A stretch of 61,811 nucleotides of DNA, filler included, from Choristocarpus tenellus KU-1152 (lineage: Eukaryota; Protista; Phaeophyceae), in NCBI GenBank assembly GCA_964200185.2. It is 7 parts of 7 records of this genome, joined end to end, with 100 filler letters (N's around TTAATTAATTAA, not from the genome) between each part and the next. Parts side by side here need not be neighbours in the genome. Positions count along the whole stretch, not along the records: positions 44,436 to 52,195 come from CAXNAD020005625.1; positions 52,296 to 61,811 come from CAXNAD020003616.1; 5 more parts are not named here. One strand, 5' to 3'. The notes beneath the pieces were generated by a model. That model was not told the DNA's origin and ran no database searches. It worked only from the letters and a program-made list of their open reading frames with translations. The position numbers and the translations under genes were made by a program. Below, one piece after another: positions 49,196-61,811 of this stretch (position 1 is the stretch's first letter; each line of letters starts with the position of its first letter).

Positions 49196-51230
49196 TCTCT
49201 CAGTTGATTTGGTTCTACTGTGTGCGTATATATGTATATATTGCTGAATCTCTCTAAATCCCAAAATAACTTGTGGATAATGTGGAAGCAAGTTAGACGA
49301 AATAGGAATCCCTATCTTGCCTTATTTTCTAAATTTCAAAAACCACCGCCGCCGCTGCCACCAGAAACATTATCGAGAGGAGTGAGCTGTCTCGCTTCAC
49401 TTGTGCATGCCTTACTCTCGGCAATTAGCAACAAGTTGGGGAAGGGAGTAGCCATATTGTTTTTGGTTTGTTGATAGTAGCTAAGACTTCGAAGCACATA
49501 CATTTAAATGTTGTAGCATAAGACTGCAAGTATCAAGGCAAAATACACGCATATCCACACTACCAAACTTTTTCATGGTTTGAGAACTTCAATACCATTA
49601 AATCGTGTATATCAACACTTCTTTAACCAGGTATCTCTCTCTCTAATAATACATCACTTTCCTCTCCCTGCTTCCAGCACCGTGTTCGTGCACACATTAA
49701 AAACTCAGCAACACGTTACACAACAGAGGAATCAATGCATATTATGTATGGGGGTGTCTCACAAACGTTTGAAGGGTCATTGTGCGTGGTAACACACACA
49801 ACAAGCAGTGCGGGAGGAGGTGAAATGCGAAGCATTCGTGTTGCAGGCTGTGTTTGAGACAAGTTGTAAAGTGTTTCATGTGACTGAGGGGACAACTAGA
49901 ATGGAACAAGAATTGATTGATATCTGATCACCAGGGTCGAGCGAGGAGAGGAATTATTGACTCACCTCCTAATACAAAAGTGTTACTTTTGCTCATAATA
50001 ATAAGAAGAGGGGATTAATTGATCTATTAGTACATATATCAATTCTATGCGTGATGGGATGCTTAAACAATTGCAGATAATGTTGTCATGGGAATAGAAT
50101 CAACAGCATACGACATGGTCGGACCTGAGGCCAGAAAGGCAACGTAAAAAGAGAGCAGAAATATGTCTGGTAAGAAGGAGAGATGGTAGAGAAAGTAAAT
50201 AAATGATGAAAAAAAGGGACACAGGAGTAACGATAAACGAATATACCTTACAAGTAGATGAAGGGAAGAATGAAAAAATGGCGTAAAAAGCGGGAAAAAG
50301 AGATAAGGCTCAGAACTTCAAGTTCAAAAACAAAACAGATGTTAGTTTCAGTATCAAGATGAACAACAATTGATTGGGGGAGGGGAACATATGTACTCAT
50401 AGACACACATCGGAAAAACAAGGTTAAGCCCTGTATACCCACCACCAGTACCACATAGATACTGCCAGCAGTACGGGGGGGGGTGTCCTAGCCCAGTCCT
50501 CGTTCCCAACCCATAGTTGAGGAGGCAGGGTCACATGTGTTGGGTGACTGAGGTTACTTTCTCCTAGTGAGTTGTGGCTGCATGAGCCTTTATAGAGTGC
50601 CAGACGCCTATGAAGTATTTGGCTCCATTCCCCGTACACCCACACCATTTGTTCGTATCTTCTCCACGTAAAAGCCACAATCATCTGGGATATTGAGACA
50701 CCTAAGGTCATCTTGGAGGCACTGCCATCAGCCATTTTCCAGGCTTCTCACCGACCCCTCCCTTGGTTTCTTAGCTGTAAAGTTCCGCAGACGCCAAGCT
50801 CTCAGCCAAGAAAACATTACCCATGCGCCAAAAATCTGAAAAAAAAACCCTTTTTGCACATCATAGATAGCTGTCTCTGTTCTCGCACGAAGTTATCACT
50901 AGTGGTGCTTCCCTTGATGATTCGTGCGCTATGGTTTACAGAACCCGATGTACTGGAAGGACTTGGTGGTTATTTGAGCGTTTCATGAAGTATAGTAAAA
51001 GTTGCTGTGCGATTTTGCAGGTGGGCACTGCTTGTGCTTGTACCTTGCTAGTATGTACCGCAGAACGATAACTTGCACTGAGAATATATTACTGTAGAGT
51101 ATGAATGTAAATGGTATATCGACGCCTGGGATATTGACCCACCATTATTGACCATGCTTCACTCCAACCATTTTGCGAAAGCCTAACATTATTATAATAT
51201 CAGGGGGTGCAACATGCACGTTACATCCAT

Positions 51231-51404
51231 TACCGAAAGTATCTGGGGTGGGGGGTCTACACCAGGGTGTCCATTTGGGTCATAACCAGGAAAAGTTTAC
51301 TTACATTATCCATCCGACATATACAACCAAATCATCCCAACATCACGACATGAAAAATTGGCCCCAAATGGACAGCCGCCACACACCCTCGGATACTTTG
51401 AGCC
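51231..51404 (+). mobile_element. MITE family B copy
   Basis: AAAGTATCTGGGG...CACCAGGGTGTCCATTTGG...CCAAATGGACAGCC...GATACTTTGAG. Another left end sits at 52168-52195, at the contig end. Confidence 0.8.
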
Positions 51405-54400
51405 CATATTTATATACAGTAAAGCATATATGTAGACCTCTGTCTGACAGGTTTGAGCGTTTGCAACATCATGTCACAGGCAGGCGAAAGAGGGAATTGT
51501 AATGTGGGGAGACGGCCAATATAGCCTAATAAGGTTTTCTTGTCGTTCTTTTGCTTGTTGAGCATGGTACATACAGTGTAAACAGCACAGAAAACTCGAT
51601 CGATGACTACTGCATAGATAGGAAGTGCTACGATTGCCAACTCAACCACAGTCAAGCAAGTAATCCGTGCTGTTAGACTGCAAGGAATTGATGAAGCAAG
51701 CATTTGGTAGACAACAGACTGCCCATAATGACGTTACTTCCACACTGACCCATCATCTGTTAAAAAACGTCAGGCTCAATAGTAGTATTTCAAAAGTGTG
51801 GGTTTGTAGGTTGCTTCTTTCGTTGCATGGTGGATGGAGGAAATAGCCAGACCTATTGAGAGGTAGACAGCTTTGGACTGTTTCGCAATCTAAGCCATAT
51901 TTCTTACCCTGTGCAATGCGCTCTATTTAATCGCTTTATGTGCACAATAGTTCACGCAAATTTGATATCCTCCCTTTCCAGACACAAAGTGACACCACAA
52001 TTATTCAGCAAAGGCTCTTTCTGTAATTGTTCGAAATTGCGCCTATTTGCCCTTTCTAGAGATCCTTAAAATGCAGCCCTGCCTGTGGTCTCATAAGGAA
52101 CCACAGGTTCCACAACGTAACATGAGACCAGGTCTCAGCTGCGAAGATGGGCAGAAAGAAGTCGTTAGGGTCAAAGTATCTGGGGGGGGGTGTCGNNNNN
52201 NNNNNNNNNNNNNNNNNNNNNNNNNNNNNNNNNNNNNNNTTAATTAATTAANNNNNNNNNNNNNNNNNNNNNNNNNNNNNNNNNNNNNNNNNNNNATCCG
52301 AAGTTACTTCACCCTTGGAGGGTTCCGTATGAAGTACATTCTAAGGTATCACCCAACGTATAAAGGGTAGCATTACCTGGAAACCCACGTTCATTTTCCG
52401 TTCATCTGGGTAGAATGAATCGTTACTATCCTCAAGTCCAACCTCCCGTACCAGATTAAAGTGAACTGGATTATCTGTTTCTGGGAAAACCATTTCCATT
52501 ACCAGATGTAGACCATCAAATCTCTCAACCTGTCATTGGGCAATACACTATTTGATAGCATTATTGGACATAGACCTTGTCCTGGTCGTCGTTTTGACAA
52601 CTAATGTTATCTATCGCCTTTGTCTTTGTGGCTATGGGCCGTCTTGTGATCTTCACAAAAGAATAGAACAGATCCCACAATGCCGTGAGATGATTCCAGC
52701 CTATCGTGCAATAAATAGATTGGATAACCAGTCTAATTCTCGTCCCACACAATGTTGACTTGAGAATTCGTAGTAACTGTTCCCATACTCCTTTGCATAG
52801 TCTGTATATCCTGCATTGCCGTAATGCTGTAACCTATCGTTTCACTAAAGAGATTATCGTGTTTACGTGTGGTACAGATCCTTAGCCAATTTTTTGTTTG
52901 TTTGTTTAGGTATTTTTTATGACTTGTGTGTCTTGGCCGAATCTCGTGGTACCCACATACTGTAATCCTTTAAATAGGTTGACCATCTAGTTTAGGCAAA
53001 TCGTTTGTGTGTGTCATTTTGTCATGGATGGGTATAGTTATCGTTTTGTTAAGAGATGAGATAACTGGTAACAGATGTCAGTTTACCTGTTCACGACCAG
53101 CTCTGACTTGGCATCTTATGTTTATCAGGTTTATCAATCCTTGCAAATAGACTATACATATATGTTAATGGATTTGGATAAATTAATAATATAATTAGTT
53201 TTATCTCTCAACTCTCCTCATTCGCATGAGTGGACACATGCAGTGGTGAAGAGACCTTATCACTGGGCACATTAGCACCCGTGTGCTAAAGGTGACTGTT
53301 TATTGCATTGTGTCATGTTTTCATGACATGTACTTACTGATCATGAAATAACAAACCCCATTAAAAACAGAGAGTCAAGTGTACAACTGGGTAAGAGATG
53401 GAGACTCCAGGTGAGTCATACATGTTATTTATTTTATTTTTCGTGTGGCATGACCTCCCTGATATGATGTAATGATCGTGCAGTCACCTCATATCGGTTT
53501 AGGAGAGTTGAGCCACCAATATTGTTCGTCCGAGTTCTCCACATGGAATATTGTAGTCATCGTGAACAATGTTTCCAATCGTGGTCAGAGTTTGAGGAAG
53601 GAGAATGGGTGGTGCACACATTTGATCTCGTCGTCTGCTATGTTGATATTGATAATGTAACACGTGATGTTGTTTTCACGCATCGGAGTGGTGATCAAAT
53701 CATCGTATAACACTCGTATAGAAAATGTCAGATCACAAACGACTAGTCAAACTGTTCATTGACATCGTATAGCGTTTGCTCTCGTATCCCCATTCTAAGT
53801 ATCCTCTATTTTATACAAGATAGTAGAGACCCTATATGCTCGCCTCATCGTTAGGCTGACTGATATGCTAATGCCATACTCTCAGACCTCGTAAGCTTGA
53901 TTGGTATGATGACCGCATAACATCAACCTTAGGGTAATGTTATCCTGATCAGATACTCATTAAATGCCTCGTTTATATGCTACACTCCATTATGTATTAA
54001 TCGAGTCGTGCAATAAAATGGCGTAATATCATACTAATAGTCATACATGTTTCCCATTTTACTCCCAGGCAGAGCTCACTTTTTGGTTGACCTTGAATCA
54101 TGTTTACATGACTTCAAGGTCGGTCAGAAGGGGGGGTGATGTGGAAGCAGGTTGTTATTATACCGCTATTGCGGTATGCCTTACACCGTTATACCGATTG
54201 AGGTTGTGTTCTGAGAACTTCGGTTCAACTGTGTGGTGGATATTTGGAGTGATAGTTTTTCATGTCTTCCCGCAACGTCTCTTTATGAGCACGTTTTTCC
54301 GATTGCGCATCTCCTATCTCTGAAGGGTTTCTTCTCCGAAACCCATCCGAATCGTGATCCTTCCCACTTCTTCAGTTCCCCACTTCTTCCTGCAAGCCCT

Positions 54401-55555
54401 TTCAGCGTTGCACTTGTTCAAGCATAACCTCGTCCTCTCTGTTACGGTTCATCTCCATCCGTCAGGTCTGTCTTGCCCAATGATTCTCTTCACCACCCTT
54501 GCCTGAGTGAACCTCGCCGCTACAGAATTACAGATTCTTACATTAAAAGATAATATCCTTTTTTTTCATTGGTCTGGGTGGCGTATGGTGCCTTGCTGTG
54601 GTCCTGCACCCACGAACCTTGAGGGAACAAGTGTTTCATCACCAGCTGAGGAGAGGTCATGGGTGGCAACAAACAGGATTAATGTAGGGTCTCGGCAGTA
54701 TGTGACAGGACCGGGTTAAGGACCAGGCCAGGACAATCAGAGACAACAATGGGGTAGACTAAAGGACCAGTTCAGGTTAATAGGTCCAGACCCGACCAGT
54801 CAAATATATGTCTACAACACACCTTAAATTCCAACAGACCGCTTATACGTGCACGATGCTGCACGAGATAAAGCCTTATTCTCAACAAGCTTGCTAACAA
54901 CGACAAACTACAGTAAAATCTAAAAATTCTTGTATTTTTCTTTAAATATTTGAAGTATTGGTTGATTTTATTTTGAATTAAGAACAAAATTTAGCATAGC
55001 AAGAAAACAGAATAGTATGATTAACACAGTAAATATTCAAAACAAAGGGAAAGTTTATGAAGTAGTCTGAGTTTTGTGGGCGGAAGAATTCTGGTTGGTT
55101 GGGGGCACAGGAGAAAGGAAGGTACAGGAAAGAAATAAGAATTATCAAGAAGGGAACGAAGAGTTAAATAATGAGTGGTTGAGAAAGGGAGGGGAGAAGT
55201 TAAGAAAATGGTTGGCAGGCGGAGGCAGGAGTGGAGAAGGAATGGACAGTATTGAATCGAAGAGGAACCTGAGGCTGGGGTGGCAGGACGAGGAGGGCTA
55301 GATCAAGACGACCCCCAAGCAAGCTTTCCTGCTCACCCGCCTGTTGCTTGCTCACGACCCATAGGGATCTCAGGGTGGGAGAGCAGGTCAAGTTTGGGCG
55401 GGGTAGATGTCTTCTAGATCAAAGGTACGGTATGAAGGGGATGATGAAGGGGTGTTCTTGGATGATTGTGGACTGGTGTTGAGTGATGTGGTGGAGTGGT
55501 AGGTGGGGTGGGGTTGAGAGTAGTGGTAACTGTTGTGGGGTTGAAGGGTGTGGTA

Positions 55556-55712
55556 GTGACCTGAAATCGCTGGCGAAAGGGGTTGCACTGGTTGGTCATC
55601 AGATGGGGGGGGTGACTGGAAATCAGCGGCGAAGGGGGTTCACCTCGGTTGGTCATCAGAGGTGGACGGTGACTGGAAATCAGTGGCGAAGAGGTCGCAC
55701 TGGTTGGTCACA
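55556..55712. repeat. Tandem minisatellite, ~57-bp unit x ~2.8
   Basis: GTGAC..GAAATC...GGCGAA...GGTTGGTCA recurs at 55556, 55612 and 55669. Confidence 0.8.
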
Positions 55713-55895
55713 AGGGTTGATAGAATGTGGGGAGGAAAGGGAATAGGACGAATACAAACATAGAATCAAATAATAATAATCCAGAATTCGTGAGCAAAAC
55801 AAAATATATAATTTATTTAAGTATGGAAATTTCGAATTGGGTTTCAAAAGGTCACAGTTATTTCTTGTGTTACATTGTTTTCTTTCCTATTATTG

Positions 55896-56157
55896 GAGTG
55901 AAATTATCTTAGAGGGTAGAGCGGTTTCCGTTTGGGGGACAAAATATCAATGTTGCAATTTTGATGTAATTTTGGCTATCATGTTTGTTAGAGGATGTCA
56001 ATATCCTTGTTCCGGACACACCTTTTCGTAACGTACACATTGTGTAACTACTCCGAAACATTTTGGAGTAGTTAAAATGCCATTAAAAACCAGTGGGAAG
56101 CCAAGCCCCAAATGGACAAACAGGGAAACTCTCCTACCCTCTAAGATACTTTCACTC
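55896..56157 (-). mobile_element. MITE family A copy 3
   Basis: TIRs GAGTGAAATTATCTTAGAGGGTAG ... CTACCCTCTAAGATACTTTCACTC; flanks ATTG/GTTG. Confidence 0.85.
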
Positions 56158-56862
56158 GTTGGTTTCTTCTTCATAAACGTGTATGGAACATGAGTGAAGT
56201 GGGCATAGCAATAAACTATTGTAGGACTCAAAGCTCCAAAAGAATTTTCGAAGAGAAACATCCGAAGAGTGGGTACTGGAATGTGCAGACAGGCATATAG
56301 ATGAACAGACATGTTTTACTTACTCCTACATGGGTGAAGTATGTGAGAGATGAAAAGTCAGCTATATAGAGGCCGTAATGGTGAGATTTTTTATTCTCCA
56401 TTATTTTTGTTTGGGGAAAAGAAGCGTTTCCCGCCTACTATACCACCAGTATCCCCTCACCCTCAGCTAACGCCTTCTATATTTTTTATCCAATTTGAGA
56501 AACAACTATGGAAGTTATGGCCATAATGCCTACCTAATAGTGAATTCTCCAATAATAGTGACCCACACAAATAATTCTCACCCACGATTTGGAACTCCCA
56601 AAACGAAAGTTTGCCCCCATTCCATGAAATAGTTGTAGATTATTGAAGCAAGTATGGGCAAGCGCGCGGACAAGTGTGTGACGAGAAGGGTCCATACTGG
56701 AAAGGAGGTGAAGTATCATGACATCTTGAAGGTGCAGATTGTGTTCATATTCTTGTTATTGTTTTATAACATCACCCTGATCTCAACCCGGTGCTCGAAA
56801 AAGGCAATGAAGACCATGAAAGAAAAAAAGAAAAAGAGGTGTGAGATGACTTATCAATTAGG

Positions 56863-57133
56863 GAGCCAAAGAAAACAAGAGGTGCCCAGTTTTGGGGCGT
56901 TTTGCATTATTAGAAGCCTATTTTTCAATCTTTTGTAGTTCACTCCTGTTTCTACGGTTGAAGTGCTAACTTTGACTTGAGAGGGTTTATTTCTCTACTG
57001 TTTTAAACCTTTCCATCATAGCTCGGAAAACATCCCACGCACCTTTGTAAAGAAATACCGGATTTTGAACACATTTGCCGACATTCTTAAAATGCAACTC
57101 TTGGTGGGTACCCCTCAATAAAAGTTTTGACTC
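56863..57133 (-). mobile_element. MITE family C copy (diverged)
   Basis: GAGCCAAAGAAAACAAGAGGTGCCC ... GGGTACCCCTCAATAAAAGTTTTGACTC; the interior is a reverse homolog of 19202-19487. Confidence 0.7.
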
Positions 57134-58448
57134 AAGAATCAAAACTTATACTCAACTTGTGAAGAAGAAAGAACTGCTTCATGCATCTGGAAAACACCAG
57201 TTAGCAAAGTACAATACTTGAAAGCATACTGTGGAGACAAGCAAAAATAACCAAACTGTATCTATGATAGTGCTTCGTTGCGCAAGGAAGGCGTGATCAT
57301 ACGTACGGTGCATTCATACACAATACATACAGGGTGTGTGGGAAAGAGGGGGGGGAGAGGGATCAATCAAACAGCAAGTACTTGTGTTCCTTCAGCATCA
57401 ACACCCCGCACAAAGAAAAATACAGATTGCACCTTCAAACATACGGATAAAAAATAAAATGATTAGGCTAAATCACCAAGAGGAACCAACATTAGTTTCC
57501 TCAGTATATTTTTTGTTCCTCACTCCGCTAAAGATGACGAGCACTTTGCTTCCAGAGGCCATCTGCACTGACCAAGATAAAGGGTCATGCTGCACGTGAG
57601 ATGGAGTTCTTTCTTTACCCACAGCATTAACCCCGATGTACCATTCTTGCAGTATACACTTCACTGCCAAAATCTTCCTTCCCCACCTCCCTACAAAAGG
57701 ACTTCCACAGTCATGGTGGCAACATGGTCAGCCGCAAATGGAGGTGTCTTAAGAGAGGCAAGAATTGCAGAAAAAAGGTAGTGCTTAGAAGGGGTACACC
57801 AACTCTTAGATAAAATGGAGTAGTTCATATCTTAGAAACACGTGTAGACTACTTGAAGCCCCTCTCATCCCCTGTCGCAGCTTACTCTGGATATATACGA
57901 CCCAGCACAACCTACTGTCGTCAAGTGCACGACAACAACAGCTCACATTACTCTAGCTACACGGTCAGTCTATATACAAGAAGGAATAGATGTTGCACAA
58001 ACTTGCTCCCTGCCTTCCTCAGGTCATACAAAAAGTGGCAACAGGAGTAGCATGCCATAAAAAAAAAACTCATTTCCTTTGGGACGGCCATTCTCATAAC
58101 AAAGTACCACCTCTGATGACAAGCAAGCCACCAAAAAAATAATAAAACCGCAACAACAGCAAAAACGGACAAAAACTGGGGGTGGGGGGAGGGCACACAC
58201 GATACACTGCAATGAGAACAAGGCACCAGCCTGTCACAGCATGTCTTATCTTGAGAAACACCTAATGCACACACGACCAGGACGTGCACATACTAAGCCT
58301 TTGCACGAAGTCAAACGATCTAACTCTTATCACCCTCCCCAACCCCCAATAAGGCACAGAATTGTCTTCTCCCTCATGCCATGGTCACTTTGTTACAGAG
58401 CACCCGCCACCCTGTCTAGACAGAGCCATGTCAAGACCTCTCCTAAGC

Positions 58449-61400
58449 CTACAACTCCTCATAGAACCTGCCCCTCCCTCTGGCCCCTCCCCCCCCAACT
58501 GTTGTGGAGGATGCTTCCTCCCCATCCAGGCTATCCGCCAACCGGTCCAGGGTTCTGCACAAATCCATGAATCGCATTCAAGAACAGAGAGGCGCACGTG
58601 TGAGAAATCTACTGCCCGCTTGTACTATCATGTTGATGGCACAAACAAGAGAGCGCCCTCTGCCTGTCCCTGACTCCCCTGTTGCATGTCTAGTGAACAT
58701 ACATGTTTTCCCAAGAACCAAGTGCAGAGCAATAACATACAATAACATGTGACAGACCGTGTCCTCATCATCTCGCTGTACAGACAGGTCTTGAAGCGCA
58801 ATTGCTACAGACAGGAATAAATGTAGAAACAATAAAAAACAGGCGATACAATCAGTCCCGTCAAGAACAGGATCAACAAGAGTCAGAGGACACATCAAGC
58901 ACACAGATTTCACTTGCTCTCCCTGAAAATCTGCTCCCATTCTGACTCCGTTGTACGCATCAAGCCCATAGTTCAAAGGGGGAACACTAAAAATCGGAGC
59001 ATACACCTAGTACCATTTGAAACAAGCAGGAATCTCCTCCAAACTTATACGGGTAGATGTATACAACCGGAGGTCATTTTCCCCATTTCATTGAATAACT
59101 CCTTCTGCAGGAGGAGTGAGTGAGGATATGGCATGGTGACCATCGAGATTCCTCATGAGGAGTAAAGTTTATATATTTTTTTGAATGGGAAATAATATGC
59201 ACTGGAATACAACTTCATATGCAGAGCTGTAGGGTTTTGCTTTTACCATTCCTAAGTTTGGGATGAAACGGAGTTGTACATGTCAAAAATACATCACAAC
59301 ACAAGTGTCAACTGTTCATCTTGCCTTACAAATTCATGACGAAAACCCTCTTTTCCTGGCTAAACCTCACAAAAGGTGTTCTACAAGGGATGGGCACTTG
59401 TAAAGGGAATAAAAATGTACTCTACCCTACTCCAGAGTGTTTCCTCCAAAGGAGTAGTGTTTTAATTAACACTTCGTTCTTAGCATTGAGAATCTTGGGG
59501 ATTGAATAGCTACAGTTATAACAAAACAATTTAATCTGAACAGAAGATGAGGGGTAATCTTTGATTATATGCTTATCACGTGATTGCTAGCTGTGTGCAT
59601 TGCCCCCTGAGCTCAGCAATTTGCACTTCTCCATTGGAGCACTGCTTGCACAATCCACCTTAAATCAAGTACTCTGAAATTCTTAGGGCCAGATTTAAAA
59701 TATACTCATAAATGCTTTTGATCCACCACATTAAACCTACATACATCCATACCCAGTCCCAATCTCATCCCAAAAAAGGTTCCCTCCTCAAAGCGTACAA
59801 AATTCAATAAAATAAAAACAAAAATGCCACAAACCTTGCAGCAAGTTGCACAAAGAACTTTTGTCCTATTGCCGCCGCCCCAGGTCCCACTAGCGATGCT
59901 ATCTTCGATAATTGGCGGGCCGTCTCCACAGCCTCCTTTGGCCCCATAGCACCTTCGCGGTGTAGTCATTGTACACAGGGGCATTGATTGCATTCAGGCC
60001 CATGGGGGAGGGCGGACATCAGTGAGATGTTTTCATAGAATTGCAGCAACGGTGAACAATCAGAAAAAAAAACATACACAAGGCATTTTTGTTACGGATT
60101 TAACAAACCCACTTGGAGCATATGCAAAGGGGATATTTTTCATGACACAAGACTTAAAAGTGAGGTACTACAACTAAGTACTTCACAAAAAGTCTATCAG
60201 GTACAAGCATTCTCATCAGCACACACCACAAAAACACAGTCAACATAGCTGAGATACTGGGGGGGGGGTGCAGTAAGGGTTTATATGTAGGGATCATCTC
60301 TTGCTCAAACACCAGCCAATGTTCAATCATAGAAATATTTCTCCTCTGATGTGCTTTTCACCTATAGCAATATTCTACAAGGTCAACCTCCCCCCCCGCC
60401 CTCCCCTACATCCCTCCAATTCCTGAGAGACCATTGCTACACATCTACGTACCCACAATCACACCTCGAGGTCCAGTCCAACTAAACACACCTGCTTGAA
60501 AGGGCAATCCCGGCAGGACCGCTGGCAACCCAGGCAACCCACCCGGTAACCCCTGCGATAGCACCCCACCAATAGATGCAACATCCCCCCCATCGCTGCC
60601 TTGCCTACCTCCACCGCCCAATCCACCGATGCCATTCTCCACAATCTCTCTTAATCGCCGCAACGCCTTCAGACTTTCCTGGTCCTCCTGTGTTAGCTCC
60701 AGCGCCACTTCCAGTCTATTCACTACACGAGAGATGGCATAGGTCTGCAGCCTGTGATCGATCAAGCCATTAAACGCATAACAAGGCAGTAGGGACATGT
60801 ATGCCATCGAGCGTAAGAAATCAACAAGGTTCGTGCATGCACTGTGAATGATTTCCATCAAAGGGCAGTATGAAACCGGGCTAATAGCCTGCCTCATTAC
60901 ATTCAAAACAACTCAATCAAATAGAGAGGGTAAACTCGGCCCTGCAATCTCCTCCGCCGTAAATGTTCTACCTACTACCTCGGGATAAAACAAAGTAATC
61001 AACATTGTTCATTTTTAACGTTCACAGAACTAATGGTGCCATTGTTGCACTCTTTATTCAATGCCGTTTATTATTATTATTATTATTATCATTATCATTG
61101 TGGTCTACACGATAGGTCAATGCATCCTCTCTGATACCCTCTACCTGCCACTACATTAATATTTTTCTTTTTTTTAATTAAAAAAAATTACTTGTTTGGA
61201 GTACTATATATATATATACAGGTAGTGCGATACTCTATAGGTAACACCTGTGGAAGCATGGGGAAATGCTTGATTAATCTACTGTTATCCTGTAAGATGC
61301 ATCCTTTACATAGGTATACAGGGAATAGGGGTGTGTGTCTATGAGCTGTGAATGTCATTGCATTGCCTCACCCCCACTATATAACCTTGCATCAGTCTAA

Positions 61401-61734
61401 GATATGTAGCTAGCTAGAGGGCACATTCAACAACCTCAGCCTTGTGCAGACACCAAACACCAATTCTGGTGTGTGCACAATTGACCAAATACACCCTCAA
61501 ACAAAACATACTCTTGATGCATCATCACCCTGAGATCATCAAGCACGCAACTCACTTCACAGGCAGCTGGAGGGGGGCCAAGAGGGGGATCAAAGGCGCC
61601 TCTGCCAAGGCTGCTGCTATTCTTGCCGGGGATAGCGGACCCCCTGTCAGTCTTCGAAGGGCTGCAATCAATTGAAGGTTGACTTCCCTGCTCAACGCAT
61701 CAGTCATTCTCACTAACTCCTCAACTACCAGTTC
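58449..61734 (-). CDS. Last four exons of a protein resembling the C-terminal region of an ABC1/UbiB atypical kinase (ABC1K)
   Basis: In-phase exons 61734-61556 (ELVVEELVRMTDALSRE...), 60751-60492 (LQTYAISRVVNRLEVALELTQEDQESLKALRRL...), 59952-59835 (AMGPKEAVETARQLSKIASLVGPGAAAIGQKFFVQLAAR) and 58554-58449 (TLDRLADSLDGE...FYEEL*). The exon structure is solid. The family call rests on recalled similarity, and the kinase motifs lie outside the window. Confidence 0.65.
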
Positions 61735-61811
61735 CTGGCAGGAATGGGAAGGGGGGGGGGGGGGGGCGGGGGGAAAAAAGGCGAACAGAACTGCAACCTT
61801 ACTGTTTCCAC

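Noticed and set aside
3075-52295. Six regularly structured TTAATTAATTAA palindromes flanked by N runs
   Set aside because: These are identical 100-nt assembly linkers, not biology. Gene neighbourhoods across them cannot be interpreted as a cluster.
60752-60906. N-terminal 51 codons of the 153-aa ORF 60445-60906
   Set aside because: This is intronic read-through. The acceptor CACAG at 60752 gives the in-phase junction with the upstream exon.

Overview
This is eukaryotic, intron-rich nuclear DNA. It is not one contiguous locus: seven contigs (1-3074, 3175-9015, 9116-14985, 15086-20055, 20156-44335, 44436-52195, 52296-61811) are joined by identical artificial 100-nt spacers (44 N + TTAATTAATTAA + 44 N). 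The likely source is a photosynthetic stramenopile such as a brown alga or relative. This is an inference from a signal+transit peptide with a G-F cleavage motif, short exons in kb-scale introns and TTAGGG repeats. Most ORFs in the supplied track are spurious. Manual splicing gives eight protein genes. Two are complete: a 10-exon nucleoplasmin-like FKBP and a 3-exon plastid rubredoxin-like protein. Six are partial: a TRF4/PAPD5-like nucleotidyltransferase, an uncharacterised membrane protein, an RPEL-repeat protein, V-ATPase subunit D, a PARP-type last exon and an ABC1-kinase-like C-terminus. Also present are tRNA-Asp(GTC), three MITE families sharing a GAGTCAAAGTA-like terminus, a Stowaway-like MITE, decayed Ty3/gypsy fragments and many tandem repeats. 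I cannot support a new multi-gene system. The most notable signals are genome-level: CpG depletion confined to gene bodies, a shared GTCGCGC promoter motif, frequent AAG 3' splice sites and one GC-AG intron.
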